From Candidatus Woesearchaeota archaeon (lineage in GTDB: Archaea > Nanobdellota > Nanobdellia > Woesearchaeales > DSVV01), in the NCBI GenBank assembly GCA_018303325.1, contig JAGVYH010000002.1, positions 17,246-81,245 on the forward strand: a stretch of 64,000 nucleotides of DNA, in the 5' to 3' direction. The position numbers were made by a program, and so were the translations under genes. Below are positions 10,937-20,919 of this stretch, one piece after another. Position 1 is the stretch's first letter, and each line of letters opens with the position of its first letter. Under the pieces are notes generated by a model. That model saw only the letters and a program-made list of their open reading frames with translations, had not been told where the DNA came from and did no database searches.

Positions 10937-11929
10937 ATGTATAAAGGACTTAAAGTCGCATTGGTTATTCCTGCATATAATGAAGAGAAATTAATAAAGC
11001 CAACCTTAGAAACTGTTCCTAAAACAATTGACAAAATATTTGTTATTGATGACTGCAGCACAGATCATATGCCTTCTGTTGTAAAAGAATGTATGAAAAA
11101 TGATAAAAGAATAGTTGGCATAAGGCATAAAAAAAATAAGGGTGTTGGACAAGCAATTATCACTGGTTATAAAGAAGCTGTGATGCTTGGATATGATGTT
11201 GCTGTTGTGATTGGTGGGGACAATCAAATGGATTTAAATGACCTACCTAATTTTTTAGAGCCAATTGCCAGCAAGGAAGCTGATTATGTCAAAGGCAACA
11301 GGTTTATGTTTGATTATTCACAAAAATACAATAACACAGTTGAAGGTAGCGCTTTTAAGGTAATGCCAAGTCAACGTTTCTTTGGCAACTCAATTCTCTC
11401 ATTCATTGTCAAATGGGCATCTGGCTATTGGAAGATTTTTGATACACAAGATGGTTACACTGCAATTACAAGACAAGCAATTGAAAAAATTGATTGGAGA
11501 AAGGCGTGGAAAGGTTATGGTTATGTTGGAGATTGGCTGGCATTATTTAATGTTTATAATTTACGAGTTAAAGATGTTCCTAGACGAGCCATTTATCTGA
11601 AAGGAGAAAGGCAGTCACAAATAAAGATAGGAAGATATATTCTAAAAGTATTGCCTAGAATGATACGATGCTTTTTTTCGAGAATGAAACATAAGTATAT
11701 ATTTCAGGATTTCCATCCTTTAGTTTTATTTTATTTTTTAGGATTTAGTTTATTACCATTGGGTATTTTATTAGGAATTTACATATTTATTAAATGGATG
11801 ATTTATTTCCCAATTGATATTTCAGGAACAAAAGCAGTATTAGTAGCATTATTCATCATTACAGGCATACAAAGCCTTTTCTTTGCTATTTGGTTTGATA
11901 TGCAAGCAAATGAATATTTGCAGAAATAG
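10937..11929 (+). CDS. GT2 family polyprenyl-phosphate glycosyltransferase (ArnC/DPM1-like)
   Basis: VALVIPAYNEE...VIDDCSTD GT-A motifs and DxD region. Two C-terminal TM helices. Confidence 0.85.
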   Translation: MYKGLKVALVIPAYNEEKLIKPTLETVPKTIDKIFVIDDCSTDHMPSVVKECMKNDKRIVGIRHKKNKGVGQAIITGYKEAVMLGYDVAVVIGGDNQMDLNDLPNFLEPIASKEADYVKGNRFMFDYSQKYNNTVEGSAFKVMPSQRFFGNSILSFIVKWASGYWKIFDTQDGYTAITRQAIEKIDWRKAWKGYGYVGDWLALFNVYNLRVKDVPRRAIYLKGERQSQIKIGRYILKVLPRMIRCFFSRMKHKYIFQDFHPLVLFYFLGFSLLPLGILLGIYIFIKWMIYFPIDISGTKAVLVALFIITGIQSLFFAIWFDMQANEYLQK

Positions 11930-12006
11930 AATGAATAAGTAAAATTATTAACTAGATGTATTAAAAAACTTAAAACTAAACATAATTTCATTAAACATAT
12001 AAACAT

Positions 12007-13446
12007 TTGAGACTGAATAAACACAAAATGAAGATAATTTTTATTAATCCACCATTTACTAATTATGTTGGCGGCATAAAAGGGTATGGAGGAAAATCTA
12101 TGCCCTTAAACCTAACTTATTTAGCATCGTATTTAATAAGCAAAGGTTATGAAAATACTTCAATTCTAGATGCCGAAGCATTAGAATTAAGTTATGAACA
12201 AGTATTAGAACATATAAAGAAAGAAGACCCAGACATTATTGGTTTCACATCACCTACCCCTTCTTTTCAGCAGGTTGTTGATTTATCTAACTTGATAAAA
12301 CAACAAAACCCTCACGTGAAAATAATCATCGGTGGACCACATTCATCTGCTCTGCCACTAGACACAGCAAAAGAACCATCTTTAGATTTTGTTTGTTTTG
12401 GAGAAGGAGAATTAACAATGTTAGAGCTTGTTGAATTCATAGAAAAAGGCAGAACAGATTATGATAAAATTGATGGATTAATATATAAAGAAGGGGAAAA
12501 AATTATTCAAAACAAGCAAAGAAAATTAACAGAGAATTTAGATATTTTTCCTTTCCCTGTAAGAAATTTAGTGCCTAGACATCTTTATTATCCACCGCCA
12601 ACAAAAAGTGTAAGTGACAAAAAAGGAACTTCTATGGTAACTTCCAGAGGTTGTCCATTCAATTGTACATATTGTGTTGCAAAAGTAGTATGGACAAGAA
12701 GAGTGAGATATAGAAGTGTTAAAAATGTCGTCGATGAAATGGAAGAATGTGTTAACAAGTATAACCTTGGGGAATTTAATATTCATGACGAGCTGTTTAC
12801 AGCAAATGAAAAGAGAGTTATAGAATTATGCAAAGAGATAATTAATAGAAAACTTGATGTTGGATGGGTATGTATGGCAAGAGTAGATACAATTCATTCA
12901 AAAGAAATGCTGGAATATATGAAAAAAGCTGGATGCGGTAAAATTGTTTTTGGTTTTGAGTCTGGCTCACAAAAAATTTTAGATCTCATGAAAAAAGGTA
13001 CAACTGTTGAACAAGCAATACGTGCTGTAAAACTTGTTAAAGAATCTGGAATCAAAACATCTGGAAATTTCATGTTAGGGAACATTGGTGAAACGCTAGA
13101 AACAATGAGAGAAACAATTGATATGGCTAAAAAACTAAATACAGATACTATTGCTTTTTTTCAGACAAGCCCGTATCCTGGCACAGAGATTTATTATACT
13201 GCACTTGAAAAAGGGTATTTAAGAAAAGATATACAATGGAAGGATTTTGCACTATTATCTAAGACTGCCCCAGCTTTAAATCTTCCAAACTTACCGCCAG
13301 AAGAAGTAGCAAAATGGGTAAAAAAAGGATATAAAGAATTTTATTTAAGGCCCAGTTATATATTAAATCAGATAGCATGTATAAAAAATTGGCGTGATGC
13401 CAAAAGAATGTGGCAGGGAATAAAACTTCTTGTTCAGGTTAGTTAA
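12007..13446 (+). CDS. B12-binding domain radical SAM protein
   Basis: B12-binding N-domain. TSRGCPFNCTYC radical SAM cluster. Confidence 0.85.
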   Translation: MRLNKHKMKIIFINPPFTNYVGGIKGYGGKSMPLNLTYLASYLISKGYENTSILDAEALELSYEQVLEHIKKEDPDIIGFTSPTPSFQQVVDLSNLIKQQNPHVKIIIGGPHSSALPLDTAKEPSLDFVCFGEGELTMLELVEFIEKGRTDYDKIDGLIYKEGEKIIQNKQRKLTENLDIFPFPVRNLVPRHLYYPPPTKSVSDKKGTSMVTSRGCPFNCTYCVAKVVWTRRVRYRSVKNVVDEMEECVNKYNLGEFNIHDELFTANEKRVIELCKEIINRKLDVGWVCMARVDTIHSKEMLEYMKKAGCGKIVFGFESGSQKILDLMKKGTTVEQAIRAVKLVKESGIKTSGNFMLGNIGETLETMRETIDMAKKLNTDTIAFFQTSPYPGTEIYYTALEKGYLRKDIQWKDFALLSKTAPALNLPNLPPEEVAKWVKKGYKEFYLRPSYILNQIACIKNWRDAKRMWQGIKLLVQVS

Positions 13447-13460
13447 ATTTTGAGAAATTA

Positions 13461-14240
13461 TCAACTCTCTTGCTTTTCATATTTCTTGCAAATAAGCATA
13501 CCTCTAAAAAATAATAATTTAGGTATCTTTATGTTTTCAATCTGCTTTAAAAGATTAAACAAAAAAGAAGGTAAGAATTTCTTTACGGATGATGAACACT
13601 CAATAAAACTCATTATTTCAATTTGGGAAGTTAGGCTTAATTTTTTGCAGAAAGCAATAAGTTTAAATGGAAAAGAACCATATGAATTTATACTTATTAT
13701 TATATTAAGCATCCTTCTTAATATTACAAATGGATGAAATCCATTATAAAACTCGATGTATGCAACACCATCTGGCTTTAAGACTCGACTAATTTCTCTT
13801 AATGCATTTTTTTGATTTTCAAAATGGTAAAATGAGTTGAAACAAAAAATCACATCAAAACAATTATCTGGATATGGCAATCTTTCTGCTGATGCTATCT
13901 TAAATTTAACATATTTGTTTTCCTTTTTTGCATGAGTTATCATCAAAGAAGAAAGGTCGCATGCATGCAATTCTTTAGCTATAAGATTCATATGCTTTAA
14001 ATATAACCCTGGACCACAACCCAAATCCAAGACATTTAAGTTTTTTTTGTCTTTTTCTCTGTCTATATATTCATGCCTCTGAGTAGTAATAATCCTCTCA
14101 AATTTGTCAGAATCTCCAAATCGCTCGCCGTAATAAGGTATTATTTTACTATAATGTTTATTAAGCTTTTTCATAGAATTAACTTCGCGATTGTTTAAGA
14201 GATCATCCATTGTAATATACCTTAATCTTCTCAACAACAT
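13461..14240 (-). CDS. class I SAM-dependent methyltransferase
   Basis: VLDLGCGPGLY motif I and LKPDGVAYIEF. Alternative start at MDDLL (about 14210) would remove the overlap with the upstream gene. Confidence 0.75.
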   Translation of the reverse strand: MLLRRLRYITMDDLLNNREVNSMKKLNKHYSKIIPYYGERFGDSDKFERIITTQRHEYIDREKDKKNLNVLDLGCGPGLYLKHMNLIAKELHACDLSSLMITHAKKENKYVKFKIASAERLPYPDNCFDVIFCFNSFYHFENQKNALREISRVLKPDGVAYIEFYNGFHPFVILRRMLNIIISINSYGSFPFKLIAFCKKLSLTSQIEIMSFIECSSSVKKFLPSFLFNLLKQIENIKIPKLLFFRGMLICKKYEKQES

Positions 14241-15333
14241 ATCTTATCTGCTCTTCTGTCATTTCAGGGAACATAGGCAAACTTAACATTGTATTTGCAG
14301 CTTCCTCTGTTACAGGGAAACTTTCTTCATTCAGATTCATGTATCTATAAGCTGACTGAAGATGTAATGGTATTGGATAATGAACACCACATTCTATCTT
14401 GTTGTCTTTCAGGAATTGTTGAAGTTTATCTCTTTTCTCCCTGTTTTTTGTTTTTATAACATAAAGATGATAAACATGTTTTGCATAATCAGCTTCAAAA
14501 GGCGTTATAACATCATCAACATTTGAAAGCAATTCATTGTATAATCTTGCGTTTCTTCGTCTAGCTTCAGTCCACTTGTCAAGATACTTTAACTTAACTT
14601 TCAATACTGCTGCCTGCAATGCATCTAACCTTTCATTCAATCCTTCGAAATCATGCTCGTATTTTGAGCCATGTTTTCTGCCATGGTTTCTCCAAGCATC
14701 AACTTTTTTAGCAATCTCATCGTTATTAGTTACAACCGCTCCGCCATCACCATAACACCCTAAATTTTTTCCAGGGAAAAAACTAAAACAACCTATATCA
14801 CCAACAGGCACTTTTTTATTGTTAAACTCTGCACCATGGGCTTGAGCGCAGTCTTCAATGACTATTAAATCATTTTCTTCTGCAATCTCCTTTATTGGTT
14901 TCATATTGCAAGATTGGCCAAATAAGTGTACAGGTATTATTGCTTTTGTTTGGGGAGTGATAGCATTTTTGATTTTGTCGACATTAATAGTGTATATTTT
15001 AGGATCAATATCAACAAATTTAACTTTTGCACCACAATGAGTGATTACTTCTGCTGTAGCAATAAATGTGTTAGGAACAGTTATAACTTCATCATCATGC
15101 TTTATGCCTGCTGATTTTAATGCTAGGAACAAAGCGCTTGTGCCATTGCTTACACCAACACAATGTTTTGCATTGCAATATGCAGCAAATTCTTTTTCAA
15201 AGTTAGTTACGTTTTCTCCCATAATAAATGCAGTATTATCTATTACATTTTTGATAGCATTATCTATTTCATCTTTTATTGAAAAGTATTGAGCTTTTAA
15301 GTCAACAAATTTTATTGTTTGATTATCATTCAT
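14203..15333 (-). CDS. DegT/DnrJ/EryC1/StrS family sugar aminotransferase (WbpE/ArnB-like)
   Basis: Fold-type I PLP aminotransferase signature and VGVSNGTSAL motif, full length. Confidence 0.9.
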   Translation of the reverse strand: MNDNQTIKFVDLKAQYFSIKDEIDNAIKNVIDNTAFIMGENVTNFEKEFAAYCNAKHCVGVSNGTSALFLALKSAGIKHDDEVITVPNTFIATAEVITHCGAKVKFVDIDPKIYTINVDKIKNAITPQTKAIIPVHLFGQSCNMKPIKEIAEENDLIVIEDCAQAHGAEFNNKKVPVGDIGCFSFFPGKNLGCYGDGGAVVTNNDEIAKKVDAWRNHGRKHGSKYEHDFEGLNERLDALQAAVLKVKLKYLDKWTEARRRNARLYNELLSNVDDVITPFEADYAKHVYHLYVIKTKNREKRDKLQQFLKDNKIECGVHYPIPLHLQSAYRYMNLNEESFPVTEEAANTMLSLPMFPEMTEEQIRYVVEKIKVYYNG

Positions 15334-15422
15334 GAATTACATCTCCGTTATTATTAATTATAATTTGTCAAATTATTGTCACGGAATAATTTGTATAAAA
15401 ATCAATCAATGTTAATAGATTA

Positions 15423-16046
15423 TTATTCATAAACCATACTTCCATCTTCCCACTTTAAATCTTTAATATCTTTTATGATTTTTGCAGGATTGCCTGCAAC
15501 AACTTTTTCAGCAGGCACATCTTTTGTGACGACACTTCCTGCGCCAATTAATGCATTCTTCCCAATTTTTATTCCTGGCAGAATAGTTGAATTTGCGCCA
15601 ATTTTGGCATTCTCTTCGACAACTGCTCCATCAAGAAACTCTTTTGTTCTTTTTGCACTTGGATACGGCGCATTTGTAAACACAACCTTCGGGCCAATCC
15701 AGCATCCTTTTTTTAGTATTGTAAACTCTGGAATAAAGCATTGGCAATGAATTCTGACATCATCCTCTATTGTTACATGATGCTCAATAACTGTTTTTGT
15801 TCCAATGCTTACATTGTTACCAATAATATTTTCTTCTCGGATAAACACATCATGACCTGTCTGAAAATTATCGCCGATTTTGTTGCCTGCATAGATAATT
15901 GTGTGTGAACGAATAACTGAGTTTCCACCAATAACTATTTCAAGCTCACCATCATTTCTTCCTCGTGGTAGGATACCAATTATACAGAATTCTCCAACTA
16001 AGATATCTTTTGTTAATTTTACATTTTTATGAATAATAGTGGACAT
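15423..16046 (-). CDS. hexapeptide-repeat (left-handed beta-helix) sugar N-acetyltransferase (WbpD/PglD-like)
   Basis: Repeated [LIV]GxxxxI hexapeptides. Confidence 0.85.
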   Translation of the reverse strand: MSTIIHKNVKLTKDILVGEFCIIGILPRGRNDGELEIVIGGNSVIRSHTIIYAGNKIGDNFQTGHDVFIREENIIGNNVSIGTKTVIEHHVTIEDDVRIHCQCFIPEFTILKKGCWIGPKVVFTNAPYPSAKRTKEFLDGAVVEENAKIGANSTILPGIKIGKNALIGAGSVVTKDVPAEKVVAGNPAKIIKDIKDLKWEDGSMVYE

Positions 16047-16342
16047 AATTAAACCTTGTTAATTAATAAAACATTATTAAAACAAGCAGAAGAAAAGTGT
16101 TTATATTGTTTGTGAAAGTGAGAATTTATTGAATAAACTTAGTATAATTATTGTAGAACTAAATAAAAAAATGCAAACAATCTGCAGCATAAATGTTGCA
16201 GTATTGACTGTTAGCATTTTTAAATTTGAAAAAGACTTCATCTGTGACTTAAATGCTCAGAAATCAAAGAGGTCTGGCATGCGAGGAATGCTTTAGCATT
16301 TCAAATAGGTCATAGTATTCGCTTTTCCAAATAAAAAAAACA

Positions 16343-17335
16343 TTATTTTAATTCTAACTCATCACCAAATTCATCAGATTGCATAGCAAGCTCACAAGTT
16401 CTTGTAGTGTAATACTCTTCTTCGCCAATATTCTGCACTTCAGCTATGTTTTTATCAGAATTCTTAACACATGTTATAAAATGCGAGAGCTGTTCTTTTA
16501 ATGGCTCATTTTTTCTTATTTCTATATTTAGAGGAATTTCTTTGACAACTTCGCCATCCTTTATATAAAGCGGGTATACTGTCATGATTTGATCGAAAAA
16601 ATCCACATAAATTTTTTCATTTTCAGCAATAATCCACATATCTCTTTTTTTCAATGGATGACAACAGCTTACATCAATTGTTGCAAAAAAATCATTATAA
16701 TTTAAGACAATAACAGCACTATCTTCATTTCTGTCGTCGAGAAAATTTGTGCATTTACAGTACACTTTTTTTGGTTTTTGTTCTAAGACAAAGTTAAGTA
16801 TGTCAATCATGTGAATACCTAAGTTAAACACAACACCTGAGTCTGCTCTTGGCGGTTTGCTTGAGTGAACATACCTCGAAGTAATATACTGTATTTTACC
16901 GCTTTTTTCCTTAAGCCTTTTCTTAAGTTCAATTACTGCTGGGTTAAACCTGAATAAATAACCCACAGACAATATCAGCTTTTTCTTTTTTGCCAGTTCA
17001 ACAAGCTCTTTTGCTTTTTCTGAACTTAAGGTAATTGGTTTTTCAACAAGAACATGTTTGCCTGCATTCAAACATTCTTTAACAATTTCGTAATGATAGT
17101 TTGTTGGAACAACTACTGAAACTGCATCTACTAAAGGCAACATTTTTTTATAGTCTGTAAAGAATTGTGTGCTGTATTGTTTTGCTAGTGTTTCTTTGTT
17201 TTGGTCAATATCTGACAAGCCAATTAAATTACAATAATTAGATGAAACAGATGAAGATAGCTCTGAAAATATTCTTAAATGGTTTATACCCCATTTTCCT
17301 GCTCCGATAATTCCTATTTTTGTCATGTTTAACAC
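16343..17335 (-). CDS. Gfo/Idh/MocA family NAD-dependent oxidoreductase (UDP-sugar 3-dehydrogenase, WbpB-like)
   Basis: N-terminal GIIGAGKWG Rossmann motif and family-typical length. Confidence 0.85.
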   Translation of the reverse strand: MLNMTKIGIIGAGKWGINHLRIFSELSSSVSSNYCNLIGLSDIDQNKETLAKQYSTQFFTDYKKMLPLVDAVSVVVPTNYHYEIVKECLNAGKHVLVEKPITLSSEKAKELVELAKKKKLILSVGYLFRFNPAVIELKKRLKEKSGKIQYITSRYVHSSKPPRADSGVVFNLGIHMIDILNFVLEQKPKKVYCKCTNFLDDRNEDSAVIVLNYNDFFATIDVSCCHPLKKRDMWIIAENEKIYVDFFDQIMTVYPLYIKDGEVVKEIPLNIEIRKNEPLKEQLSHFITCVKNSDKNIAEVQNIGEEEYYTTRTCELAMQSDEFGDELELK

Positions 17336-17490
17336 TTACAGATGCATGATGAGTAATATTAAAATTATATGGAACAATCTCAATATTAAATGTTTTTTCA
17401 TTTAAAAAAATGTGTTAAGTAATATATTTTACTGTGAAATACATTAAAATACATAATATTTAAAAATGATTGAAGATTCTATGTAATGGG

Positions 17491-18348
17491 ATGAATGCTA
17501 TCACAAGTATTGAAGAAAGATTACACAAAGCAATAAGTTTATCTTCTGACGCTGCTGAAATAAATACAGCATATGATACATTTAAATCTTTGGAAGAAGA
17601 ATTGAAAAAAGAAGATATAACTAATTCTGATGTTTTAAATTTGTTGTCTGTATTATATTCTAATATGGCGTATGTAAACAGGCAGCAAAGTAAAAGAAAA
17701 GATGCTCTTGAGCTATTAAGTAAAGCCAGATATTATGCAAAAGATAATTTTTCAGTAGCCAGGTGTTTTGAAGAGCTTGGATTGGTGTACCGATTATTAG
17801 AGCCTAAAGAATCAGACAGCGCAGTTGTTGTATTGATAGAAGCAATCGACAGATATTCTTGCTCTGACAATAAGGAAGCTGAGGCTAGAAAGGCACGTGT
17901 TCATGGTATTTTAGGGAATGTTTATTTGGAAAGAAACATAAATGATGATTTGGATTTGGCAATGGTTCATCTTCAAAAAGATTATGAATACCAAACAATA
18001 CACGGAACAGAATATGGGAAAGGCAATTCCATACATGGTCTACTGCGTGCTTGTAACAAAAAGCATGATTATCAAAACGCATTAGATTATGCAAAAGAGG
18101 TACTTGAAATTTACAGAAGAATTGGTTTTAAAAGAGGGGTTGTTAATATTTTAATTGAAAAAGCTGAAACAGAGATAGGGCTTGGTAGTGTAGATCAGGC
18201 TAAGAACTCAATTGGTTATGCACTTGAGCATATTGATGATTTTTTTAAAGGTGACTTGGTTTTTAGAAGAGAGCAAATAGAGAAAATTGCAAAGGCATTA
18301 AATGTTGAAAAACTTAATCTAATTGTTCAACAATTATATTCAAACTAA
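17491..18348 (+). CDS. TPR-like repeat protein, hypothetical
   Basis: Helical repeat pattern. The track ORF starts at TTG 17470, so I prefer the ATG at 17491. Confidence 0.45.
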   Translation: MNAITSIEERLHKAISLSSDAAEINTAYDTFKSLEEELKKEDITNSDVLNLLSVLYSNMAYVNRQQSKRKDALELLSKARYYAKDNFSVARCFEELGLVYRLLEPKESDSAVVVLIEAIDRYSCSDNKEAEARKARVHGILGNVYLERNINDDLDLAMVHLQKDYEYQTIHGTEYGKGNSIHGLLRACNKKHDYQNALDYAKEVLEIYRRIGFKRGVVNILIEKAETEIGLGSVDQAKNSIGYALEHIDDFFKGDLVFRREQIEKIAKALNVEKLNLIVQQLYSN

Positions 18349-18553
18349 CAAGAAATCATTATTATTAGTGTTATCAAGTTCAACCCAAACATACAAATAT
18401 TTTACTTACCTTCTAAAGAAAAACAAGTATACCCTTCATATATAAGTGAATATTGATTACAATATCATAACTTTTTTAAAGCATTTATATATATTTAGCT
18501 TCTAATTAATTATTATTATAATTTTAAATAGTAGAGAATAGAGGATTTCAAAA

Positions 18554-20281
18554 ATGAATATTATTGCAATAATACCTGCAAGGGGTGGCTCTAAAGGGAT
18601 ACCTAAAAAAAATATTGCTTTGTTAGCTGGTAAACCATTGATTGCTTATACTATTGAGGAGGCAAAGAAATCAAAATATATTAATAGAATAATTGTGTCT
18701 ACTGATTCAGAAGAGATTGCAAATGTTTCTAGAGAATATGGGGCAGAGGTGATAATTAGACCTAAAGAACTGGCGCAAGATACAACACCAACTTTGCCGG
18801 TTTTAAAGCATGTATTGGAGAATGTTGAAAAAGAATATTGTGTGAATTTGATTGTTGTATTACAGCCTACTTCTCCCTTAAGAAAAGTTGAGTATATAGA
18901 TTTAGCAATTAAAAAATTAATGGATGAAAATTGTGATTCTGTTGTTTCTGTTTGCAAATTTGACCATTCCCCTGCTGCAATTGTTTCAGTTGAAGATGAT
19001 AAGCTTCAAATGACAAGTACAAACAGTAATAAATTTAGACGACAAGACTCAAATCTTTACTTGATTAATGGTGCGGTTTATGTAGTAAAGAGAGATATAA
19101 TGATGAAACTGGATAATTATATTGTTGGTGGTGATATAAGGATTATAGTTATGCCAAAGGAAGCTTCTGTTGATATAGATGAGCCAATTGATTTAAAATT
19201 AGCTGAATCTTTTTTAAAAGAAGATAAGGATAATATTACACATATAAAAATTGGAGATAAATTAATAGGAAAAGACCAGCCATGTTTTATCATCGCAGAA
19301 GCAGGCGTAAATCACAATGGTAATATAGAAATCGCAAAAAGGTTAATTGATGCTGCAATTGAAGCTAAAGCTGACGCAGTTAAATTTCAAACATTTAAGT
19401 CTGAGAATTTAGTGACTCAAAAAGCAGATATGGCAAGTTATCAGGAGAAGAATATTGGAAAAATAGAAACACAATTTGAAATGCTAAAAAAGTTGGAAAT
19501 GAAGTATTCAGATTTTGAAAGATTAAAAAAATATTGCGATGATAAAGGAATAATATTTCTTTCAACACCACACACTGAAGATGCATCTGAAGCATTAGTC
19601 GATTTAGTTCCTGCATTTAAACTTGGCTCTGGTGATTTAAACAATCTTCCTTTTCTTAAAAAAATTGCAAAATATGAAAAACCGATTATTCTTCCTACAG
19701 GAATGTCAACAATGAACGAAGTAAAAGAAGCATTGAAAACAATCTATAAAGAAGGAAATAAACAAGTGATTGCACTTCACTGCACAACAAATTATCCCTG
19801 CCCATATGAAGAAGTAAATTTAAAGGCAATGCAAGCAATGCAAAATGAGCTAGACTGTCTTGTTGGTTATTCTGACCACACCTTAGGTATAATTGTTCCT
19901 GTAATGGCAGTAACTTCAGGTGCTGTATTAATTGAAAAACATTTCACGCTTGATAAAAACATGGAAGGTCCAGATCATAAAGCGTCTCTTAATGCTAAAG
20001 AATTAAAAGAGATGGTTCAGCAAATACGCATAGCTGAAAAGTCCTTTGGCTCAAATGTAAAAGAACCAACAAAATCAGAATTAAGCATAATGAAGGTTGT
20101 AAGAAAAAGCATTGTTGCAAAAATAGATATTAAAAAAGGCAGTGTTATTACAGAATATATGCTAATTATTAAAAGGCCTGGCACAGGCATTGAACCGAAA
20201 TATATTAATACAATTGTTGGAAAAACAGCAAAAAAAGATATTACTAAAGATAAATTGATAAAAAGGGAGGATATAAAATGA
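18554..20281 (+). CDS. bifunctional CMP-nonulosonic acid synthetase (NeuA/LegF-like, N-terminal) and nonulosonic acid synthase (NeuB/LegI/PseI-like, C-terminal)
   Basis: N-terminal IIPARGGSKGIPKKN cytidylyltransferase motif. C-terminal NeuB TIM barrel (CFIIAEAGVNHNG) plus SAF domain. Confidence 0.9.
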   Translation: MNIIAIIPARGGSKGIPKKNIALLAGKPLIAYTIEEAKKSKYINRIIVSTDSEEIANVSREYGAEVIIRPKELAQDTTPTLPVLKHVLENVEKEYCVNLIVVLQPTSPLRKVEYIDLAIKKLMDENCDSVVSVCKFDHSPAAIVSVEDDKLQMTSTNSNKFRRQDSNLYLINGAVYVVKRDIMMKLDNYIVGGDIRIIVMPKEASVDIDEPIDLKLAESFLKEDKDNITHIKIGDKLIGKDQPCFIIAEAGVNHNGNIEIAKRLIDAAIEAKADAVKFQTFKSENLVTQKADMASYQEKNIGKIETQFEMLKKLEMKYSDFERLKKYCDDKGIIFLSTPHTEDASEALVDLVPAFKLGSGDLNNLPFLKKIAKYEKPIILPTGMSTMNEVKEALKTIYKEGNKQVIALHCTTNYPCPYEEVNLKAMQAMQNELDCLVGYSDHTLGIIVPVMAVTSGAVLIEKHFTLDKNMEGPDHKASLNAKELKEMVQQIRIAEKSFGSNVKEPTKSELSIMKVVRKSIVAKIDIKKGSVITEYMLIIKRPGTGIEPKYINTIVGKTAKKDITKDKLIKREDIK

Positions 20282-20919
20282 ATGTTCTTGTCGTAGCAGC
20301 ACATCCTGACGATGAAATATTGGGTGTTGGCGGAACTTTGTTAAAACACAGGCAAAAAGGAGATACTATTTATGTGTGCATTGTTACAAAGGCATATGAG
20401 CCACAATGGACAAAAGAATATATTGAGCAAAAAATTGTTGAGCAGAAGAAAGTTGATGAAGTGTTAGGTGTAAAAAAAAGATTTAATTTAAATCTTCTAA
20501 CAGTTAAGTTGAACACTTTGCCACATGGTGAGATTAATAAAAGAGTGGCTGATGTTATAGAAGAGGTCAATCCAGATATAGTGTATACCCATTTTGAAGG
20601 TGATATAAATTACGATCATACCATTGTTTTTAGGGCGTGTATGGTTGCCACAAGACCACCTAAACAAGTTAGATTATTATGTTTTGAAACGCCTTCTGAA
20701 ACAGAATGGAACAATAAGCCATTCAATCCTAATTTATGGATAAATATAAATGAATTCATAAACCAAAAGATAGAAGCATTTAAAATATATGAATTAGAAC
20801 TAAAAAAATATCCACACCCAAGAAGTTTAGAGGGTGTTAGAATTCTAGCAAAAAAAAGAGGATTAGAAATTTGTAAAGAATATGCAGAAGCATTTATTGT
20901 AGTGAGGGATTTTGGATAA
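20278..20919 (+). CDS. PIG-L/LmbE family de-N-acetylase
   Basis: AHPDDE zinc-binding motif at the N-terminus. ATGA overlap with the upstream gene. Confidence 0.8.
   Translation: MNVLVVAAHPDDEILGVGGTLLKHRQKGDTIYVCIVTKAYEPQWTKEYIEQKIVEQKKVDEVLGVKKRFNLNLLTVKLNTLPHGEINKRVADVIEEVNPDIVYTHFEGDINYDHTIVFRACMVATRPPKQVRLLCFETPSETEWNNKPFNPNLWININEFINQKIEAFKIYELELKKYPHPRSLEGVRILAKKRGLEICKEYAEAFIVVRDFG

Noticed and set aside
13450-13737. 95-aa plus-strand ORF
   Set aside because: Antisense to the well-supported minus-strand methyltransferase 13461-14240.
16047-16342. 296-bp gap inside the minus-strand WbpB/D/E-like operon, considered for a small RNA or small ORF
   Set aside because: No ORF of at least 30 aa with an RBS on either strand and no convincing conserved structure. 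Probably an internal promoter or spacer.
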